Of a stretch of DNA of 64,000 nucleotides, positions 57,652 through 64,000 are shown in pieces. The position numbers were made by a program, and so were the translations under genes. This stretch comes from Phoronis australis. Its lineage: Eukaryota; Animalia; Phoronida. Under the pieces are notes generated by a model. That model did not search any database. It had not been told where the DNA came from and was given only the letters and a program-made list of their open reading frames with translations. The stretch is from positions 167,918 to 231,917 of the forward strand of contig NMRA01000570.1 in assembly GCA_002633005.1 (NCBI GenBank), read 5' to 3'. Numbering within the stretch: position 1 is the stretch's first letter; each line of letters begins with the position of its first letter.

Positions 57652-60568
57652 TCACGTAGCACTCTCATGGCACTGTTCTTGTTTTATTTTTGTCGTACAC
57701 AATGATTGTGAGTCAATGTCGCTCGCACATAATGTGGTTTCCTTCTCGTCGCTGTTACCACAGTTTTTCAACGGAATGACAAACGGCCATGTCTGAAAAT
57801 AAACAAATCAGGGGTAACATGTGAACTCGTATACAATTGTGTGTGGATTTCAGGAAATTGTAAAGATTAAGTGTTATTGTGACAAAGTTGTTTGGTAGAC
57901 ATCTGAAGGGATAAAGAGACTGTTTCCACTTCTACTAGAATAAGAAAACTTGGAACTATTTTGAAAAGTAAGTGAGTGACAAGTTTTATACACAAAATGT
58001 CATTCATAAAAAGTCTCCACACTGAGGTCAAAGCTAAAGAGCAAAACGTGTAGTCCTCCGGGAAGTTGTCCATCAAGACCATATAGGCCTACAAGAATGT
58101 GAACTAATATCGAGTTCTTTCACAACTGGTTCAATCACGTGTCAGGAACGCAAGAAAGACTGGCAACAGATATTTCCAGTTTTCCTCCAATGCCCGCGTA
58201 TCAACATTCTGTACATGTTGCCATGATAACCACATAAACTCAAAAAGGTCATTTGATGAATATGAATTAGTTTATGAGATTCTGGCAAAAACCATTGCTG
58301 CGCTTTTGTATTATTTTCGAGACACCTTGTAAACTAAACTGAGGTTCCTGCAAAGAAAAAAAAATAAAAACTAGTCTTTTTTACCAAGTGTAATTCTCTA
58401 CTCAGAGCCAGTGCACACAAATGCAGCTATACATCGGGTGTACAGAAATGGGCCAAATTTTTACACGTTTTGAAAAATTATAAGACATACAGAAGGACTT
58501 TTTCTCATTTGACTTCTCAGTTGAGTAAAATATTTTACCCATTTTTTGAAAATGCGAACTTGGCATCGAAATTTTCGTGAAACGTCAAAAAACTTGATTT
58601 TTCCCCTGAACGCTGTGTCGTTTATTATTGCCGTGTGGAACAAAATCCGGTTTGTGGGACCACCTTTTGGTGCCGCGTGGATTTTTCTTCACCAAGATTT
58701 TATCTCATCGTGCATCACACGGAATTTATATAAAGGGCTCTGGCAAGTTAATGCTCACAACATAGGAGTTGACTTTTAAAAGAGTCACCACAAGGCTCTG
58801 TCTTTAAGGGTATTCTGAGAAAACCAAATAAGGCATGAAAATACCGCTCTATAGTTAATGAAATGAGTGCACTTTGGGTTGTTCCTGATGTTAAGATAAA
58901 AGATACAGAAGTGTCGAAATTACGATATTGTTTAGGGACATCGGTTGCCATGGTTTCTAAAATGAGTGTCTTGTTCGAGGCTGCAGACCTAATTGAGGAC
59001 TAATCAGCCTGCGTGGAACTTCATATTATTAACTATGCTAATAGTGAACTAAGTTATTTTTTATAAAGTGGCTCGCAGTCATTGTTGATCGAGTAGCTAT
59101 AGCCAGCTCAGTGAGTACAGTTTCCATATTGCAGATGTCGACTTTGTAAACGTTTTAAGAAGACCTCCATAGCTTAATAGGATATACATGTAGAGTCTTT
59201 GCTTCTTTAGGCTGATTTTCTATGATATCCTTCACCGCTTCTCTAGTCGGCGTGGAGGTTATACAATGTATTTTACACTTGATATCAGCAATGACATCTA
59301 GTCGTAGCCAAGTCACGGTTGTTGACGTCACTTTCTTAAGGTGGCATTAAGTGTGAAAAGGTGATTTTCTGAAATTAATCCCAGAGCCCCAGCGCGGATT
59401 GGAGCCTAGAACCTTTCCGGTCGCAAGCAAACGCTCTACTAATGGCTAGCTAAATCAAACTCGATAAATGTCATAGCATTTTAAGGGTTTTTAATTGGTA
59501 AATTCCTCCACTTTGATTTCAGCCTAATATCTGACAGCCATCGGGAAGAATTTGGCAATTTGTAATAAAACCACAAAAACACAATGGACTTATTGTTTTA
59601 TAACTCTGGTCAAAGTTATTATGACTCCAAAAAGTCTATCCCCTCCAACAATAAGCCTACAATGTTTGGCCGTAAAAACGTCAATGTCCCTTTAAAGACA
59701 ATTCTTTATTCAGGTTAGAACACAAAAAGAGTATAATTAGTCCAGTGACGTCAGTAAAATACAAAAATTTCGTAAACTACGGTCCTGTATGTTGGTGCTT
59801 GTTTACTGGGAATTCATGAAAAGTAAGTTCGGTGCCCTTCAACTGAGGGGGCTATTTTATTGGCGGCACCAGCAGAAATTTAATTCTGGTTATTTTGAAG
59901 GCGATTACATGTTGAAAAAAATTTTTTTTTGATAAAAGTTCATAGTAAATTATTGGTTTGCAGTCAAAGTCTTTTGACTCTGGTACTGAAGATTTTGTAC
60001 ATCCTAACGGGAATCCTCGACTGTCAATCTCCGACTGTACGGAGATTTTTATTCGATCCTTAAAACGTAACCAATACAAAGGTATTGCATCAATAACCCA
60101 TTGGTAAAACATGTCCGCAAGTCAGAATGAAGGGATTCATGGAGAAATGTGTCTAATGTTTGTGTCGAACCAACGGCCCTACCTGGCTTCAAATCTTTAG
60201 ACTATCCATCTCAAAAAGCTCTTGATTACATCGACCAACATGAAGTTTGTACAGCACACTCTTCAGTGCGTACATAAAACGACAACACTCACCAAACTAA
60301 TAGGCTGTAGGGCTGCGGTGTCGGCATCTAACAGCAACATTTGTCGTAAGTGAGCGATGTAACTTGAGGCTAATCTCAGCGTGTCCAGTTTGGATAACTT
60401 TGTGTCCGCTGGTACCCATGGTAATGTTGTTTTCAGTTTCACAAAAGCCTTACTTAACACCCTCATGCGCGCCCGCTCACGCGCGTTCGCCGTATTCCTG
60501 TGTTTTATCGGCACCTTTATCTCCATTTCTTCATTGCTGCATCCGCAGTACTTCCGTCTCCGACCCAT
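57652..60568 (-). CDS. TCF21: bHLH transcription factor of the TCF21 / musculin (MyoR) family, about 138 aa
   Basis: Exon 60568-60293 ([53 protein letters not shown]...QPISL) splices to exon 57792-57652 (TWPF...*), rebuilding the family's P.xLTWPF motif across the intron. Confidence 0.92.
59340..59691. mobile_element. TTAA-flanked non-autonomous element with internal tRNA-like segment (in the TCF21 intron)
   Basis: TTAA at 59336-59339 and 59692-59695. The minus strand at about 59386-59453 reads TTAGCTAGCCATTAGTAGAGCG...GGCTCCAATCCGCGCTGGGGC (A/B-box-like). The right arm is shared with three other loci. Confidence 0.55.
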
Positions 60569-63255
60569 CTCGCTCGACTAACTCTTGTTTATTCTAGAAG
60601 TAAATGTAAACTGTAACTACCAGCGCACTGAGGTCGGGCTCACATTTCTTATAGGAATTCCTTTCGCGTATAAATTTAACTAGAGCATATTCAGGGGGAG
60701 TTAATCGAACCTTTACTTTAGAAAGGAACATTTTCACGAAAAAAAACCTTGCCCTCTTCCCAAAACGCTTACCACGCACCGCAAGAACTCTATAACCACG
60801 CACAGGAGTCCTTACCACGGAATCTGGACCCAGTTGCATAAAAGTTGTGCGCCGTATAACAACAATTATGTGACGCGTCACGTTGTTACAATGCACTTGA
60901 CGTCATGCAACAATCAAACTTATCCAGCGGATAATTTTGAAGTTTTGTGCAACTCAACCCTGAACAACCACACTTTCCACGCACCACAAAGTGTTCGTTC
61001 CAAAATTGGGCAAGATAAGGGTACCTGTACGCAATTAGTTCTTCTGGTGCGTGGTAAGTCTGTTGTAGACTGTGGCAAGGTCCCAATCCTTCGCTTAGGG
61101 TTCTACTCCGTTGTTGGAATTAAGTAATCGATTACCACCTCCGATTTTGAGTAGCAAATGTGTTTGTCAATTATTGTTGCTATCGTTTAACACGAGCAAA
61201 GTAAATTGGAGCCCATAGTAAGTCATTGGTCTGGGGTTAAAATCAAGTTTGAGTAATACTTTAATTACATACAAATTTATAGCAATGCTTTGGCATGAAC
61301 TTCAACCATCGTCGCACACATATTATTTTAATGCAAATAAGTTACACTTGGCTTTGATCATTTTATTTTCCACCCTTTCACACAGATGAAATTTCTATCT
61401 TGACTGATCGTCTCTGTTAAGATAAATGTCCCAAGGATCGAATGTATAAAACAGCAGCATTTCAAATGATCCATATCACTCATATTTGAAAATGCAAAGT
61501 TGCAATGTGTCAAACACTTAAGTTCTAATGATCGTATGTTGTTGAAATTGTTATTCTGTGGCTAAATAAATATCATTGAAGTGACAAGTTCCAGGTCGTC
61601 AAATCGGTGTCAATGATTTTACATGAATAATAATCCTAGCTCAATGTTGACTTTAAAAGTCATTATTAAATACGCAGAAACAAATTTTAAATTGAAAGTT
61701 CACTCAATACCTGTACAGACAGCTAACACGAATAAAGGAATTCGCACCCTTTTCCATCAAAAATGGAATGGACCAAATCTTATTTAAGGATGCATAACAA
61801 ACGTCGGAATTTTCGACAATTAATCACCGTGTTCTCTTTCACTCATCTCGGGAACCCACGCATGACACTCTATCCGGTTGATAAAATGGTGTTTTTTCGT
61901 GTCACTGTTATGAATGAATCTGATAACACAACGTCTGCTCTACAGGCCCTGTCCCATTGTTTGCTTACATAAACATTTGTTCCTTTTTGATTTACGTTTC
62001 GTATACGATAAGCAATAAAAACGCGTCCAAATACTACACAACCACACTCCCCAGCGGAGTTTTTCCCTCCTGTTAAAGTCGTTAGGGTTATCACGAGAGT
62101 ACCGCACGGCAAATCGGTTGTTTAACAGCTTATAAGTTTCGAAAACATACGAAGTGGGGGGCCATACACATTGATGGACAATTAGACATTCGATCTCTAT
62201 CTTCGTTAGTCGGTGTTCGCTCAAACCGGTCGGTTATATTAATTAACAAAAGATCAGCGAGAAATGCTAATTTTCAGTGGCTCTGGTCCTCATCCAAGCT
62301 GGAATGCCTAACGATGCATTTTACAAAAATTTTCAACTCATTCATTATGTAATTCTTCCAGACTAATTTTCGAGTTTCCAATGTTCAGCCTGATGAGCTT
62401 CTATCTGCTGCGCTCGGCTAATAGTTTACTTTCGCTAATTCAATTAGCAAAATATCTGGAGAACATTTACTCTTAGTTTAACCGCACGGTGTGCGTGATT
62501 AATTGCTGCCCCGCGCGAGATGCAGCGATAACCCCATGGTTGACTCCATTTTCTCTCAATTTCCTTGACGTTTTATAAACAATCGAGACTCGCCCTACTA
62601 TTAGTTTCCAATGGACCGATACATAGTTGGTTTATCATGTTAAAAGCTTTAAACAACAATGTTGTGAAAACAAGCGTGGAATGGGTAATGTCAATAAAAA
62701 ATCCCCATCCTGTCTCAACCATTGGCAACAAATAGTGACGCATTCACACGACCAAAACCTTTGTGCTCAACGCCGTTATATATACTGCAAATGAATTACC
62801 AATCAATCTGAGATCAGAAAATATTCAAGAAAGAATTAATATGTAATAAAGCTAGCTAAAATCGTGCTCCGTTTGGATTGTACACAATGCTCGAAGAGCG
62901 TACGAAGAGGTTTTTAACCAAACGATTTTGTATAACACTGATCACACTTTCGATTGATCTAATTGCCTGTAACCTAAAATAATAGTTTGGACAGAAAGTT
63001 GAAAACTGGTACAAATGTAACGTTATTCAGCTCTGTAGGGTTTCCTTACCTGTAGAGGTTGATAAACCGTTCCCGGCATCAATACATGTGTGATCATGAA
63101 TCAGCCCAAGGGTACTTCCATACGCACAGAGGCTAATTTTTACGAATAAATCTCACATTAATTTATAACCATACTTAGATAAAAACAAACCAGCAGTTTC
63201 TGATCGGAGAGAAAAAGTTTCCGCAAAAAAGAACTGTGTTAAGTAATAACGGGTC

Positions 63256-63310
63256 ATGGGCGGCACAGCACCGAAAAAAGTGGGGGCTAGAGTCCCTCCA
63301 GCCGCCCATG
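63256..63310. repeat. Short inverted-repeat element (MITE-like relic)
   Basis: CATGGGCGGC ... GCCGCCCATG flanking a G-rich core; no clear TSD. Confidence 0.45.
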
Positions 63311-64000
63311 CCGATGAGAAACAACATGACCGCTTTACCCAAAAAGGTCCAGAAAAGGATACAGGCGGCTTTTGCCTGCCACACGACACGGAGTGCAACA
63401 CCTTCCATGAGATTCTTACTCATATTGTAACAAGTAGCTCCAACGGCTGTGTAAAAATACTCAAGAATGTTGTGAATCATAGCGTTAGATAGGGCCCGTA
63501 ACATCACACATCCGTTTCAAATATTGGAATGATTGATGCCCAGGAGAATGACTTCTGCCCGCAGTGGAATATTAATATTTAATAAAATGCAGATGTAATT
63601 TTAGGAGGCCGCTTCGGTGTTCAGTAGCAGCCAGATTTAAAACAACGCAACAGTTTATTTATTCAGGAAAATAGAATGAACTATGGAACACTGTGGCTTC
63701 ACAATCAAATTTGGTATCTCGTTAGGCCAAAAGTTCTACTTTGATTTGTTCGGATATATTTCTTTTAACATAAATTTGTCAACATGACTGTGTTAAGGAA
63801 TTCAAGCAATTCTCCGCTATGGCAAAGCGCACAAGTTTGTACCCGTGTAGTTTATACAAGTCGTTTTTCAACACGTTCGTCGGTGTCAGAGATCATGAGA
63901 GATAAAGCAATGGCGTCGGGCGACTCCGCTGAACACGTACCAAAATCAGACTGGTGCGTCCAATGAACTGTTTAATGATGTTACTTTATTCAAGAAAATC

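Noticed and set aside
63050-63507. Hydrophobic minus-strand ORF and a strong donor (CTACAG|GTAAG at about 63050) as a possible exon of another gene
   Set aside because: No recognisable family, the ORF is interrupted by an inverted-repeat relic, and no partner exons were found.

Overview
This is AT-rich, intron-containing animal DNA from an invertebrate bilaterian (a lophotrochozoan or mollusc is my guess and cannot be proven here). It comes from a draft, apparently heterozygous assembly. Seven protein-coding genes were rebuilt by hand from GT-AG splice sites and reading-frame continuity. In order they are: TMEM14 (-), head-to-head with NIPP1/PPP1R8 (+); a divergent intronless actin (-); an SCPx/DAF-22-type thiolase without an SCP2 domain, ending in SKL (+); two head-to-head acyl-CoA oxidase paralogues with matching intron positions; and a TCF21/musculin-type bHLH gene (-). 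The main signal is a three-gene beta-oxidation cluster with unusual targeting. Both oxidases begin with mitochondrial-presequence-like N-termini, but only ACOX-A keeps PTS1 (SKL). The ACOX-A promoter has TATA, DR1 (PPRE-like) and CCAAT elements, and the paralogues share a gene-conversion tract over the FAD-binding exon. The thiolase's last splice acceptor is quadruplicated by an in-frame 45-bp minisatellite. Introns hold many DNA transposons (THAP-bearing Kolobok-like elements with TTAA target-site duplications, hAT with 8-bp TSDs, a 5-bp-TSD MITE family, Tc1-like MITEs) and a nested LINE. Three near-identical tandem duplications joined by Ns are most likely both haplotypes assembled side by side. 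All gene models and targeting calls come from reading the sequence only; none were tested.
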